Numbered from the stretch's first letter, positions 12,138 to 26,599 are shown. The stretch: 64,000 nt of DNA from Octopus sinensis (GCF_006345805.1 NC_043002.1:29264001-29328000), one strand, 5' to 3'. Notes: a model not told the origin generated them from the sequence alone. Made by a program: numbers and translations.

Positions 12138-13313
12138 TGTGAAGCATGACTGTCAGCACTACTACATGAACCGAAGATTGCAGAATTCAATGCATGAAAG
12201 TACTAGTTCAATCATAATGAACATTTAACATTCTACTATTTCATTTTATTTTATTCAATTATAATATATTATCTTATAATATATCATTATAAGATTGTAA
12301 ATAAAACGTGAAAATCAGACAAGGTTGGAATTCTTTTTATTAATATATTCTTCTATACACAATCACGCACACCCATATATATATATATCTATATATATAC
12401 ATATATACATATACATATATACATAGTTACATATATACATACATGTCCAAAGGAGTCGCACGACTCTCCCGCAACATATCATCAGATGAAAGGATGAGCC
12501 TATATGAGCATAGGACTATGCATGGATATGTTAGTGGAAAGCTCTGTGATGATAGTACCATCCCTCATCAGAGCAGTTTATCATGAACAAATAGCTGGAT
12601 TACTACTTCCCACTTGGAAGGGTGTGCGTTTGAAATCCAGGAACAGAAAATATCAACCAAGTACCTCAAGCACAAAAGGGATAGAGATGCAGGAAAAGTC
12701 GTAAAATGTGACAACCGATGGAGAAAGAAGGAGAAAGAGAAAGAGCGATAGAGACAGAAAGAAAGAGAGAGAGAAAGTATATTCGGGCAATCTAAAAATT
12801 ATAAATCGTATAATTATAATTATATACGATGCGTTAAATATATCAATGGAAGAATGTATTCGGTTATGTTCAAGATACAGTACAAGAGAACCAATCAATA
12901 TCACATTCAATGAATGATTACTTTGTTTCCATTTCTCATCCAGTCTTTTTGTTTTTCTCGTCTCATCTAACATGATAGCAGAGTGGCAACTATCTTTCAA
13001 ACTACGGTAAAATAATCGCAAAAACACTGGCACGAAACTATGGATTCACATTAACTCCAGTCTACTAGGTAAAACAAAGAATGTATTTGTCCACCAATGA
13101 AGTGATAATAATTAAATGTGTTGACTTTTTACACTAGAAACTTATGTATATGCGTGTGTGTGTGTGTGTGTATATGTGTATGTGTAAGAGACGGAGAAAG
13201 ATAGATTGTCACATTTGCCACCAAGCGATTCTTTTACCTTCTTTGAGAATGGATATATATATATATATATATGTATGTATGTCTGTCTGTCTGTCTGTCT
13301 GTCTGTATGTATG

Positions 13314-13347
<34 letters not shown>

Positions 13348-14266
13348 TGTATGTATGTGTGTATATATATATATATATTAATATATATATACATAATTCG
13401 TTTTGTATATATATAATCACGCGTTTCCATGTATTTCCTAATGATGTATATAGATATATATTTATGCATCTTTATCACTGTCGTTTACTGACTATTTGTG
13501 CATGTGTATATATGGTGTATATCCGTGTGTGTGTGTGTGTGTGGCATGAGTGGGGTGAATTTGAATATAGGAGATTGCTGGAATACATCGCAATACATTG
13601 GATACAATCTGCGCACCGAAAACATGCGGATCTGCAAGCATCAAAAAGCATCCAAACAAAAATGACCTCAAAATAAGTCTTTGGTGAATATAACTGAGCA
13701 CCAATTCCTTTCCAACGACCTCGCTCCCACCAACTACATCCGTCATTTTTTTTTATTTATTTTCTGCTTCTTATTTTCGTTTTCTATAAAAGACTTTTGA
13801 TGGCAGCGGTCAGAAAATTAAGAATGGCATCTGAAAGATTTTGGTAAATATTGGTAATTGCCATTGAAATAGGAATGATGTGTTTACAGGGAACAGAGGA
13901 AAATATGATTTGACTATTGCTTCACAAGATGAATATTCCAACATTGGGTGGGGTGGTAGAAAGAAAAAAATAACGAAAAATATACAAAAATCAAAAAGAT
14001 ATCTAGCAAAAAAGCAACGTAAAGGAAAAAAGAAAACTAACCTCGATAGAGAAAGGGGAAAATGGCAAAAACAACTCAATAGAACCGTTGAAAATGTAAA
14101 GAACTATAAACAAACAATGTTTATTGATGTAGTATTAGTTTTGGCAGATGTAGCTTTATGTTGGCATCGAGTGTAACGTTTATTATCGTAGACAGACGTT
14201 TGCGAATAACCAAAGATATATGTAAATATATGCGCGCTGCTTATATATGTATATATATATATATAT

Positions 14267-14305
<39 letters not shown>

Positions 14306-14332
14306 GGGTGTGTGTTTGTGTGTGTGCATACG

Positions 14333-14363
<31 letters not shown>

Positions 14364-15014
14364 TTATGCATATAAATAATATATATATTTATATATGCAT
14401 ACACACATACAAGTATATAAGTATATGTCTGTGTCTATCTAGTTATATCATATATATGTGTGTGTGTTTGTGTGTGTATGTATGTATGCCAATGCACTTT
14501 CTGTCGGTGTGTTTCTCTCTCTCTCACTCATACACACATACACACACACACACACATAGATACACACAAGATTGAATAAATGAATCAGGCAAATCGCCAC
14601 GTCACTTCATAGGCTTCATACTTCATAATTCCGTACTTATTTGTATTATTACATCTAAAGAAACTATTATCATATTTATATAATCAGCATCATTACCGTG
14701 CCTATTGTCACCAAATATTATGACATCATCAGTATTATTACATTATCATCATTACAAGCATTTTTTAATTTATTTATTGCTTCAAGAATCTAGGTACAAC
14801 ACTTTTAAAAGTGGTTCCATATATTGCAATATATGGGTGGAAGAATTAAATCGACATCTACTCCAGAAGTATTCGAACTTGGAGCATGAATCTGTTTGTA
14901 GAATAACAATTAAACAAAATGTTAATGAAATCATATAGTAATTACATAACACATTGCATAATATACGTGATTGAAACACTAAATATCAATTTTTATATAT
15001 GAAATATGAAGACG

Positions 15015-15170
15015 TGTGTCTGAGTGGTTAAGGCGGTTAGGCTCACGATTGTAAGGTTGCTGGTTTCAAATCTTAGCCCGAGCGGCACGTTGAGATCTTG
15101 AGCAAGTCACTTAATTTCACATTCGTTTGGTCTACTCAGCTAAAATAGTGCAATAGAATATGAAATGGGG
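15015..15170 (+). mobile_element. tRNA-derived SINE, family D-like, with CORE-like block
   Basis: TGTCTGAGTGGTTAAGG A box, GGTTTCAAATC B box, then TCTTGAGCAAGTCACTTAATTTCAC. Confidence 0.65.
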
Positions 15171-15351
15171 TTAACCATGTTTAGTGAGGAGTCATCATAA
15201 ATAATTTATTCAAATAGCTGGCTGTTTTATTCAAATCTGAAGTTTTACTCAAAACTATAATTGCTGTTCTCGAACTCATACCAGTTATACTCTAATAAAT
15301 AGCTATTTTGCACAAATCTATTGTTTTATTGAAGACCAATGGCTGGTTTAC

Positions 15352-15745
15352 TCTTTTATCCTTTTACTTGTTTCGGTTATTTGATTGTTGCCATGCTAGA
15401 ACACCGCCTTTTAGTCGAGCAAGTCGCCCCCAGGACTTATTCTTTGTAAGGTTAGTACTTATTATATCGGTCTCTTTTGCCGAACCGTTAAGTTACGGGG
15501 ACGTAAACACACCAGCATCGGTTGTCAAGCGATGTTGGGAGTGTGGGACAAACACAGACACACAAACATATACACACACATATTTATATATACATATATA
15601 CGATGGGCTTCTTACAGTTTCCGTCTACCAAATCCACTCAAGATTTCGGTCGGCCCAAGGCTATAGTAGAAGACACTTGCCTAAGGTGCCACGCAGTGGG
15701 ACTGAACCCGGAACCATGTGGTTCGTAAGTAAGCTACTTACCATA
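15352..15745 (-). mobile_element. tRNA-derived SINE, family B, near full length
   Basis: Minus head GGAGTGGCTGTATGGTAAGTAGC...GGTTCAGTCCCACTGCGTGGCACCTTAGGCAAGTG; internal CA/TA tract. Confidence 0.85.
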
Positions 15746-16475
15746 CAGCCACTCCTACGTTCAAATTCATAGTAGTTTTTACTCAAATAAATGTCTGCTT
15801 CATTCGAAAATAAATTTTTATTGGAGACCAATGGCTGGTTTACTCAGATTCATAGTAGTCTTAGTCAAATAAATGTCTACTTCAGTCAAATCTAAACTTT
15901 AATTCAAAATTGAGGTATTTTACTCAGGTTCATACTGGTTTTCCTCAAATAAATATTTACTTAATTTAAATCTACAGTTTTACTCAAAACCATATCTACT
16001 TTACTGAAGTATGTCTCCTTTTCCAACTCCTTCTCATCTTTGCTCAAAACATTGGATGGTTTAGTGTAACCCATAGTAAATTTACTAAATTCTGAAGCTT
16101 TCAGTCACATAAAATCCTCGGACATCGAGATAAGCTTCAGCCTCCTGAGCCTACCTCTCGAGCATTACTTAGTATGTAAAAATATATTACAGCAGTGCTG
16201 CGTGACATATCTGAAAAATAATGAATAGGTACACATGTGCACATACACATACAGACATATTTCTATTATTCTTTAAACTGGTATCAATCATTTAAATGCT
16301 TCCATGCTAGGATTCCACCTTAAAGAGTTTTTAGCCGATCAACTCGACGCTATTGCTAGTTTAAGTCTAGTTCTTATTTCATTGGCCACCGTTTGAACCT
16401 TCAAGAAACGAAGCTTGAAGTCATGGTTGATCTCTATAACTTTATAACAAATATTCAGCCTCTTCATCACTAAAG

Positions 16476-16524
<49 letters not shown>

Positions 16525-17010
16525 ATATATATATATGTTTATTTTTAGAATGAAATAAAAAAAACCAAGGATGTGAAGATTTTAGAACATTTATAAATAG
16601 AAATGTTCTAAAATGTTCTTAAATGTTCTAAAATGTTCACAGCCATTTTTTTTTATCCCATTCTGAAAAAAAAAATTGTATATACACATGCTGATATATG
16701 ACCTACGTTGTATTCCTTATTCGCGTAATCACCGAACCTGGATATATATGTTTATATATATCAGCATATATATAATTAGTAATATCAAAAAGGTAATCAG
16801 AAATATTTGAAATTTCCATTACCAGTGGCCTAGCGTGTAAACAGATTAGTCAATAAACTATATATTATTCATATAAATACAGTGTATATTTAAACACGTA
16901 AGTTTATCCATCATAGGATTCCTTGCGCGGTACATTTGAAAGATTAGAATGTATAAGCACGGGGCATATATTGGATTGCCTCGTGTATATATATTTAATC
17001 TAAGGTGCAC

Positions 17011-17078
17011 CTGCTGAAGAAGACTTCGCCTAGTAAATTATTTTATTTGCTAAAAAAGTCTGAAACCATTTGGTCCAG
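17011..17078 (+). ncRNA. Type I hammerhead ribozyme, family 3
   Basis: CTG / CAG stem I (3 bp); CTGAAGA 17014-20; stem II AGACTT/AAGTCT extended by TAGTAAAT/ATTTGCTA; GAAA 17062-65; stem III ACC-ATTT-GGT; GUC triplet with site after 17075. Confidence 0.7.
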
Positions 17079-17199
17079 AAGTTAGATGGTAAATGTTTTT
17101 ATTTTTCATTCTCTTCGAAACTTTATCCCTAATAGTGGTTTGGAATTTAACTGTCCTTTCTAGCTTGCAAGGAATCCTATGATGGCTACATCTTATGTG

Positions 17200-17540
17200 T
17201 TTAAATGTACACTATTTATATACTGCACCCCGTCGGTTAACCGGATTACTCTTCGTGTTTCAGTCATCTCGTTCAACGGAACAGCCCGTTCGTGAAATTA
17301 ATGTGCAAGTACCTGAACTCTCTACAAACACACGTACTCTTAATGTAGTTCTCAGGAAGATTCATCGTGACACAGAATAAGAAATGGCTGGCCGTTTAAG
17401 CTACAGGTACACCTCAATTTTCGCAGCTCAGCAGACTGGAGCAACGTGAAATAAAGTCTCTTACTCAAGAACACAACGTGTCGCAAAGAATCATACTCTT
17501 GACCTTACGTGAGCCGAATACCCTAACTACAAAGCAACAA
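17200..17540 (-). mobile_element. Decayed tRNA-derived SINE, family D
   Basis: GAGCAACGTGAAATAAAGTCTCTTACTCAAGAACACAACG block homologous to 6040-6065. Confidence 0.6.
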
Positions 17541-17594
17541 CCCTTCGTGCATGTGCACGCACACAAATTTATATATTTATGCACATATGTATAT

Positions 17595-17638
<44 letters not shown>

Positions 17639-17974
17639 GGGTATGTGTATGTGTATGTGTATGTGTGTGTGTGTACATTATACATTGATACATTTTGCAC
17701 ACAAGAATAGTCACATATATGTGTATATATGTATATATCAGATCATATTGCACATATCTCTTCTGACATACTGACAGTCCTGGCAAATTACTTTCCGTCA
17801 ACATACGCATAATCACTTTATTAACACCTGCAACAGCTTTATTTAAAAATCTTTAACGAGTCCCTTTGCTAAAACATCTTTGTTGAAACATACGACTGAT
17901 TTCACTTTGATTAATTTATTTTCAGTACAGAAAAATTAAATAAAATAACACTTTTAATATTAAGCTGACACAAG

Positions 17975-18500
17975 AACGGTGAGCTGGCAGAAACGTTAGC
18001 ATACAAGGCAAAATTCTTTGCGGCATTTCGTCCGTTTATGTTCTGAGTTCAAATTCTGCCGAGCTCAATTTTGCCTTTCATTTCTTCAAGGCCAATAAAA
18101 TAAGTAACATTTGAGCACTGGGTTTGATGTAATCGATTGACGTCCTGGCCTGATATTACTGGCCTTGTGCCCAAATTAAAAACTAATATTAAGCTGGAAT
18201 AAATGCGGGGAACCAGCAGAATCGTTAGCACGCCAGATATATTGTTTAGCGACATTTCGTCCAGTTTTGCTCGCTGAACTTAAATTTCGCTGAGTTCAAC
18301 TTTGGCTTTCATCCTTTCCGAGTCAATAAAAGAAATTCCAGTACTGTGTAATCGATTAACCCTCTGCTCCAAACTTCTTCCAAGGTCATCCTTGCCTCTC
18401 ATCTTTTCGAGGTCGATAAAATAAGTATCAGTTGGGTGCTGGAGTTCCCTCAAAATTACTAGCCTTGTGCCAAAATTACAAAGAATTATTAAGCTGATAT
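17975..18500 (+). mobile_element. Cluster of 2-3 family A SINEs
   Basis: GAGCTGGCAGAAACGTTAGC...GAGTTCAAATTCTGCC...GCCTTTCAT, repeated at about 17980 and 18210. Confidence 0.8.
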
Positions 18501-20422
18501 TCCGAACTTCATTTCGTATGAAATTTTAACAAATTTTTAATTTAGGTCACTTTAAAACAGGAAGTTTGTATCATGGAATCAGAGGTATTGTCAGGCGGAC
18601 TGGCATCGGAAATAATAACCTTCTTCATACTATCTCAGTTGTAACTCCATTATTAAATACCAGAATTTGACTTAAAGCCATTATATTCATAACTGCTTTT
18701 CTTAAATCCCTAGTACTTTTCTTAAATGTATGATTTGTTTTCGCAGCAAAGCCAGAGAATTTTGACTGCTTCAATGGTTATTTTACTCAAAACTGTCCAG
18801 AATGGATTTCTTCATATCCTGTTTATTTTCTTATTTACTGAAATCTTATTGACTCAATTCGGTATCTATTTTGGTCAGCTGAGACGATCGGTAGATTGTT
18901 GAGCAAATTGCTTGGTGGAATTAACTTACAAGAGTTTAAATCTCGCTTTACAGTTCAGCTTTCCAAGATCGATAAACATAAAGCACCAATAGACTGTTGG
19001 GTCGATCGAAATTCCTATAGTGCATCCTAGACGGGAATGGAATTATAGTAGAAGACTAAAAGTACTCCTATCGTAATCGCTCTATTCAAATTCATGACGG
19101 TTAAAATGAAATATAAGACTGTTCTTCATTCATACGTGTCGTTAGCCTGAGTGGAGTCCCTAGTGATATATGTAATGATATTGCCTTGTCATTTATCATG
19201 AAATATGCTGAATAAGGAAGGCTCCCTTCGTACCCACGTACGCATAAATATCTATATCTATTCCTCTCTTGCTATTTGTTTGTGTGGGGGGAGGGAGAGC
19301 GTATGTATGTGTGCATATGTGTGTGTGTATGTGTGCGCGTGTGTGTGCGTGTGTAATCACATTTGTGGTAGACGTACTCTTGATCAGGGACAATTGATGT
19401 CTTCCGAATGTATCCAATGATCATTATGGATTTCGAACCTAACCCGTAAGTTCACTCCCATCGGTGGTGCTGACCAAATGACTGCCCTTATTCTCCACAT
19501 GGCTGGCAAGTCAGGCTTCCTCATGCAAGAGGCTCTTCCTATCATTTCCCCCGCCCTATAGAGGGAATCCTTTCTGTTTCTTCTCATTCCAATGTCTATG
19601 GAATTCTGTTTTATCTAATTCCGTTTAAAAAAAAAACGAAACAATAGTGAGGGGTTCCATGGTAGTTCGTCGTGGTGGGGTTGTCACACTACCCTCAAAA
19701 ATATGTAAATACATGTTTATAAATGTTTATAACTGTTTATTTGTGCGTGCATGTATATGCATGGATATGTGTATTTAGTTGTGTGGATATATATAAAAAA
19801 TACAAAATGGGACAAGAACGCAAAACATCTGCAAAAATTTTCTCAAAATCCCCCAAAATAAAAAGTTTATGAGGGACTATATGGTGTGCGTAAAGAAGAA
19901 TTTCGCCATATTTCATTTATTTACAATTGACAACACATGCTGTTACGCACAAAATAACAGCTTCCAAATCCTGTTTTCTGATTTGGTGAAAATTATCAAA
20001 GTTTAAGCCTCTCTAACTGTTTTTAAAGTTCTGTTGTGTCTGGGGAGAGTCATTTTCTTTTTGTGCCATATAATTTAACACACTCACCGGTAAAATTTCC
20101 ACTTATTTCTTATTTTTATTTTCCTAAAATTTTGGTTGCGTCTTGACTCTGTCTGTTATTTACACTGCGTTCCTTTTTGTTTGTGTGCATGTGTGTGGGT
20201 CAGTGTGTGTGTGTTCCTATGCATGCATGCATGTACGTATGTATGTGTGTATATATGTATGTATGCATGTGTGTATATGTATATATGTGTGTATGCATAT
20301 GTGTATATGTATGTATGTGTGTGCATCTGTATGTATGTATTCTGCATATTCATTTCTGGAAAAAGTGAAATATCTCCTGAGATTCAGCTTGGAAAACTAC
20401 AGTAATGTACTAGATTTTTAAA

Positions 20423-20809
20423 TCTCTCTATATATAAAGCTAAAGTTGTCTGTCTATGGCAGGTTTGGTAGCCTTCAACTAACAGTATCTCCTCCGAGAC
20501 CCTGCGGTGCAAGTTGACCAAAATTGAGAGTATGAAAGAAGAAGGCTTGCTCTTCCTTCGTAGAAGAAAAATTCAAATCGGACCATGCTAACACCAAAAA
20601 TATTTACATCATAAAGGTGCTTTTTTTCAATGAAAATCCCTACTTTTTTCGATTTTTTAACTACTGTGTCGCCATTTTTCGGTGTATTTCAACCAGAAAA
20701 TGTTCACTTAAAATGAATAACAAGCTATATAATGCAAAATTTTTACTTTTCAAAATTCCAATTCTAAAGGGGCGAAACAAACCCGAGCAACGCCAGGCGA
20801 TACTGCTAG
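20423..20809 (+). mobile_element. Non-autonomous Helitron
   Basis: Inserted between A(20422) and T(20810); 5' TC end (TCTCTCTATATATAAAG...GTCTGTCT); imperfect 3' GC hairpin CCCGAGCAACGCCAGG; terminal CTAG 20806-09; no TSD. Confidence 0.75.
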
Positions 20810-21050
20810 TTTTCAATAAACTTTGAATTTTCGAAAATTCGCAACCAAATTGAAATGATTCAATAAAACCTCAAATACATACGTACATATGTCATCAGAC
20901 GGTTTCCTATGATAATTGGGTGTTGCTACCTTGAACCGAAAGTTCCTCCCATTCGGTAGCGGTGGTCAAATCACAGGCAGTATTCTTCTCAACGCTGCCA
21001 GTTCAGATTCCCTTAAACACGATGCTCTTATTTTGCTGTCTCTAGGGAGA

Positions 21051-21100
<50 letters not shown>

Positions 21101-21559
21101 ATTGTGTGTCTGCACGTTCTTGTGTGTGCGTGTGCATGCGTGTATGTATGTGTGTGTATAATATGTAGATGCATACATATATATTACATACGTGTACGTG
21201 TGTCTGTTTACATACACACATATCTGAGTAACTTCATATGTATATATGCATATGCGTGTATTTGTATGCATGTATGTATATACGTGTATTTGCGCGCGCG
21301 CACGTGTGCGTGTGTGTATGTGCGAGGCATCATGTGTCCGGACAATGATGGGTTATTAAACTTAAGGCCATGACTCATTGCCTCTTGTAAGAATCATATC
21401 AGCTTACTGGCGGGACAGGACAGAGGATTGGTGTGAAAGGGGTTTTAGGGAGAGGAATGGGTCCAGCATGGGTGTGGAAGGGTACGGCAGGGTGTATAAA
21501 GGGTGAATCTCTGACTGGGTGTATAGGGTAAGTGCAGATATAGTGGGGTTGTTAGTATA

Positions 21560-22320
21560 AATTGCCATGTGTCGCTTGCCTGCACGTACTCACAGATTTC
21601 ATTATTGCTTACGTATTTGCCAAAGAATTCCTTTTTTCTTCTTCAGTTGATGGAACTGGTGGCTGCAGTTGTTGGTGTGGTAGTGGTAGCAGTGGTGGTT
21701 CTGTGGTAGTGGTATTATTGTTTGCGGAGATGATATTGGTTCGGCGGTGTTTTTTGTGATAGTGCTGATTGTGGTGGTAGTGAATAGAGATTTTTGTAGT
21801 GTTGGTGATGGTAATGGTGGTGGTAGTAGTTGCGTTGATTGTGGCGGTGGTGGCATTACTGTTTGTGGTGATAATATTACTACAGCGGTGTCGTTTCTAG
21901 TGGTGGTGTTAGTATTCCTGTTTGTGGTAGTGATTATTGAGGTTGTAGTGGAAGAGATGGTTGCGACTGGTCCTAGTGATGATAGTTGTAGTAGTACTGG
22001 TGATTGTGGTTGTAGTGGTTGTGGTAGTAGTGTGGCTGGTTATGCTGATGGACGTGTTGGTAGTGAATCTGAGGTGGGTGATTTTGTGGGAATCGTAATC
22101 ATTTTGGAGTGGAGGGTGTTTCGTGGGAATGACAGCCGTGGTGATGGTAAGAAAAGTATTTTTACTGGCAATGATGATTGTGACTACGGTTGTAGAGCTG
22201 TTGGTTTGTTGGTAATGCCTCTGTTGAAGTCGTGGCTCTACCGTTGATTAAGGCTCTCGTAGTGTTACCAGTACTTACTTTTGTAATGTTAGTTGTAGTT
22301 GTTGCATTAGCGGTAGTAGC
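21560..22320. repeat. Degenerate GGT/AGT/GTT low-complexity tract
   Basis: Decayed trinucleotide repeats; explains the V/G/S-rich ORF 21747-22247. Confidence 0.7.
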
Positions 22321-22824
22321 AGTGACGGCAGTGATATTCTAAAGGTTTTGTTGTCTAGTCCCTTGTTGTTATCTGCTGGAGTAGGCAGAGGATCAAAAAC
22401 ATTCCAACTGCAACATCTCCGCCTTTTATATTTTTAGAAGTATAACCTACTTCAGACTACATTATCAAATTCGTCTTTTTAAAAAAAAAATATGATTGGC
22501 TACTGTTACTAACTCTTTGAGAGTCCTCTTAAAGAGTCTTTCGTTTAACTCGTATATTGATAACATTGTTTAACACAAGGTCAACATTAACTGACCATAT
22601 CTAAGATCAAAGTCATTCCGGCTGTAACTACCTTATCTTTTCGTACATCAAGAACTATCAATTTGCAAAGAAAAACGTGTCACGTTTTTGACATGATCAC
22701 TTTGAGAGTACATTTTCAATAATTACGGTAAAATAAGCATTAATTTTTACTTGTATCTTTTGTTTTTTTTTGTAGATTACTTTATACCATAGGAATTAAA
22801 TTCGTATAGCTTTTACCTTTTAAA

Positions 22825-23060
22825 ATGATGATTTTAAATGACACCCGTATCAGACACAGCACGCCGTATGAATTCAAAAGAGACTCTTCAGCAATCGAAG
22901 CAGCAAGAAATATTCGTTCTGTTTATGGAAGTGAAGTTTTAAGTGTTCAAACATGGCCAACGATGGTTCGACAGTTTTCGGATGCGAAATCTTTATGTTG
23001 CGTATTCCCCTCACCTGAACGACCAACTTTTGTCAGTATTGAGCAACTGAAGACATTCAC
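22825..23060 (+). pseudogene. Mariner transposase N-terminal HTH fragment
   Basis: IRHSTPYEFKRDSSAIEAARNIRSVYGSEVLSVQTW then frameshifted QRWF; typical mariner N-terminus. Confidence 0.75.
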
Positions 23061-23284
23061 TGCTGAAAAGCCAAAAACCGAGGAAGCATTTGTTTCATTC
23101 CCAACTTTATCTCCACCCTAAGGTTCAATGGATGAAGGGATTATGTAATGAAGAAAATTAGCTTTTCGTGAACATTAACTATAGGTGCAGGCGTGATTGT
23201 ATGGTAAAGAGATTACTGATCCTCCACCGCCGCTGAACGTTCCACTCACATGGGGTCAACAGAATAAGTACCAAGCTTAAAAGA

Positions 23285-23640
23285 AGATACATACTGACGT
23301 AACGGCAGACGAAATGCCTATTTCTTTACTACCCACAAGGGGCTAAACACAGAGCAGACAAACAAGGACAGACAAATGGATTAAGTCGATTATATCGACA
23401 CAGTACGTAACTGGTACTTAAATTTATCGACCCCGAAAGGATGAAAGGCAAAGTCAATCTCGGCGGAATTTGAAGTCAGAAGGTAGCGGCAGACTAAATA
23501 CCTATTTCATTACTATCCACAAGGGGCTAAACACAGAAGAGACAAACAAGGACAGACAGACGGATTAAGTCGATTATATCGACCCCAGTGCGTAACTGGC
23601 ACGTATTTAATCGACCCCGAAAGGATGAAAGGCAAAGATT
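23285..23640 (-). mobile_element. Tandem family A SINE fragments
   Basis: Repeated AAGGGGCTAAACACAG...GATTAAGTCGATTATATCGAC...CCCGAAAGGATGAAAGGCAAAG. Confidence 0.85.
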
Positions 23641-23778
23641 GTCAAAAGTAAAATGTAAAAGCTTTGTAAAAACTCAAACCTTCTTTCATATATATTTCCA
23701 CTCGAGCAGTATCTTGCAACTTCACTTTGTTATACACACACACATACACACATATATATATATATATTATATATATAT

Positions 23779-23875
<97 letters not shown>

Positions 23876-24199
23876 GGTACTAAAGAACACAAACATCCTT
23901 CTCAACTAATGGTCATCTTCACGATTTCGCTCTACCAAATTCTATTGACAGGGATTTGATTAACCCGACTGTACAGCAGACGATCAAAGGCTCGTGTATT
24001 GAGATTGAATTGGAAATCATGAAGCTATGAAGTGGATTTCTTAACTAACAACCATGTCTGTGCTCCGAGAGAGAGAAGAGCCCGGGTTTTGTTGTCGTGA
24101 TAGTAGCTACGATGGTATTATAGACTGCATACTGAGATATGCTGCTTTCGTTGACGATGTTGCTGTTACTGTTGACGTTATTGTTGTTGTTATTGGTGT

Positions 24200-24570
24200 T
24201 GATGCTGTTGCTGTTGAGCGTAGCGGTCTTCGTCCAGTGAGAAGTCCGAAACGTGGTCCCTTGCTATTCGTAAGACCCGCAGAAGAGAAAGCAGGTCAAC
24301 CCCCGACACCAAGAGCATCGACGGATGGATGAATGCGCATCCAGGCTCAGCGGTTGCGTAAGAAGTCGGGGACAAGAAACAGGAAGAAAGAGTGAGAGAA
24401 AGTTGTCGCGAAAGAGTACAACAAGGGTCCCCACCACCCCCTACCGGAGCCTCGTGGAGCTTTAGGTGTTTTCACTCAATAAACACACACAACGCCCGGT
24501 CTGGGAATCAAAACCGCGATCCTCCGACAGCAAGTCCGCTGCCCTAACCATTGAGCCATTGCGCCTCTGC
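24200..24570 (-). mobile_element. tRNA-derived SINE, family C
   Basis: Minus head GGCGCAATGGCTCAATGGTTAGGGCAGCGGAC...GATTCCCAGACCGGGCGTTG; homologous to 42163-42748. Confidence 0.75.
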
Positions 24571-25139
24571 TGTTGCTGGTGACGTTACTGTTGTTGTTAT
24601 TGGTGTTAATGCTGTTGCTGTTCAACCCCAGCCAACCTGATTTATCACATCTAAAGATTTATATCTGTGACCACTTCATCTTCTTTTAAGAAATTGTATG
24701 TCTAAGTCAACATTATTGGATATTTACTTCCATTTGTTAACATGCTTGGATATTATGTGTGAGGTTTGTGACTGCTATTTCTAGTATAGGATGGTGGCTG
24801 TGGTAGCGGTGTTAGTGTCGTTGCTGATGCTGAGATGAAAGTAGTGTGTAACGGTTATGGTTATTTACATAATGACGGATGGTAAGCTGATGATGACGAC
24901 GACGACGACGACGACGATAATAATTTGATGATGATGATAATGGAAATGATGATGATGTGATGATGATGGTGATGATTATGATGGTGACGACATTGACAAC
25001 AGAAGACAAAGACAAACGACGGCGACAACGATAATGATGATGATGATGATGATGATGATGATAATGATGATGATGTTGATGATTATGGCGACAACGATGA
25101 AGACGACGGAAAGCGACAAACAGCTACGACAACGCTGCT

Positions 25140-25170
<31 letters not shown>

Positions 25171-25180
25171 ATGATGACGA

Positions 25181-25211
<31 letters not shown>

Positions 25212-25476
25212 AATGATGATGATGATGTTATTGATGGTGCTGGTATTGTATAATTCCCGCTGTTGTTATCCGGTTTGAGTATTAGAGAGTTTAAAGAAAT
25301 ACCTCTTCCCCACCCCCTCCACCCGAGTAATATTAAAGTTACAATTCAAGTGTTAGACAGTGAGCAAATCATGCAGAGATTTGCTTACAATTAAGTACTG
25401 GCGGTTTCAATTTCCACCTAAGATATTAGTTGGAAATATATTATTATTGTTGTTGTTGCTATTATTTATTTATTCA

Positions 25477-25533
<57 letters not shown>

Positions 25534-26061
25534 TCTTTCTGAACCACCTGTCTATCTACCCATACATTGAATTACCCACACCACCCCCATCTCCAATATC
25601 CGTCCATTCAACAACAGCTACATCCCTACAGATCATTACCAGCACCCACCACCAGCACCACTACCACTACCACCACAAACTATAACAACAGCAGCAACAA
25701 CAAAATCCACACTTATATTTAATCTATCAAACTCTTTCCTATCATGTTTAATAATCTCTATTTTAGTATTAAGAATGGAAAAGAAAAGAAAGAAAACAAA
25801 TGCTCCCGACCCTCGTGTGCGTGCTTCACCATCCACCCCTAGCTTGCTAAGGATCGGGTGTCTCTCAATCCAGTGGGACACAAACATATAAAAGGAGTAT
25901 ACGGATTTGTAACACGAGCTGTAAAAAGGTTTGCGGATTATATTCACGTCTTCGGAGTTAATCCATAAATCCGTGTTCATGTTAGAATGTAAGCTAGAGC
26001 GAGGGAGATACATACAGAGAACAAGAGAAAGAAAAGTCTCTATATATATGTAATATATGTA

Positions 26062-26098
<37 letters not shown>

Positions 26099-26136
26099 GT
26101 GTGTGTGTATACAGATAGCCAGCAAGCCAGACAGTC

Positions 26137-26171
<35 letters not shown>

Positions 26172-26599
26172 ATGTTTGTTTCTAAGATAAGAACAACAGT
26201 AAGGAAGAGGATGGTCTCTATTTCTGTGTGTGAGAATTTTACGGTAGATTTCAGGGAAATTTGAACTGTATCATGTAGAATTGCAGCTGACAGATTGGAT
26301 AGGCTGTCGAAAGGTCTCAGGTTCGTTTCCTGTGATCGAGATTTTGCTGCTTCTATTGTCAAAATACTTAGCTTACGTCCACGACAGAAATACGAAAATC
26401 TGATTTGAAAACAGACGTTTTATGCATGAGGCGACAAGGTCTATGACTTACGACCACGAAAAGATCAATTTACTTGCTAATATAGAATAAAACTGTGCTA
26501 CAATGACAGTGTAATGGAATATTTTTTTCGTATCAGAACGTGTGACTTCACTCATAAAAGGAGATATGGCAGTCACTTTATTAAAATAATTTTAAGGAA

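Noticed and set aside
19400-19600. GC-richer unique segment with short open frames on both strands
   Set aside because: No convincing splice signals or recognisable peptide.
21747-22247. 166-aa V/G/S/D-rich ORF resembling a secreted or mucin-like protein
   Set aside because: Derived from decayed GGT/AGT repeats; no splice or homology support.
24225-24265. CAGTGAGAAGTCCGAAACGTGGTC hammerhead look-alike
   Set aside because: Lacks CUGANGA and stem II.
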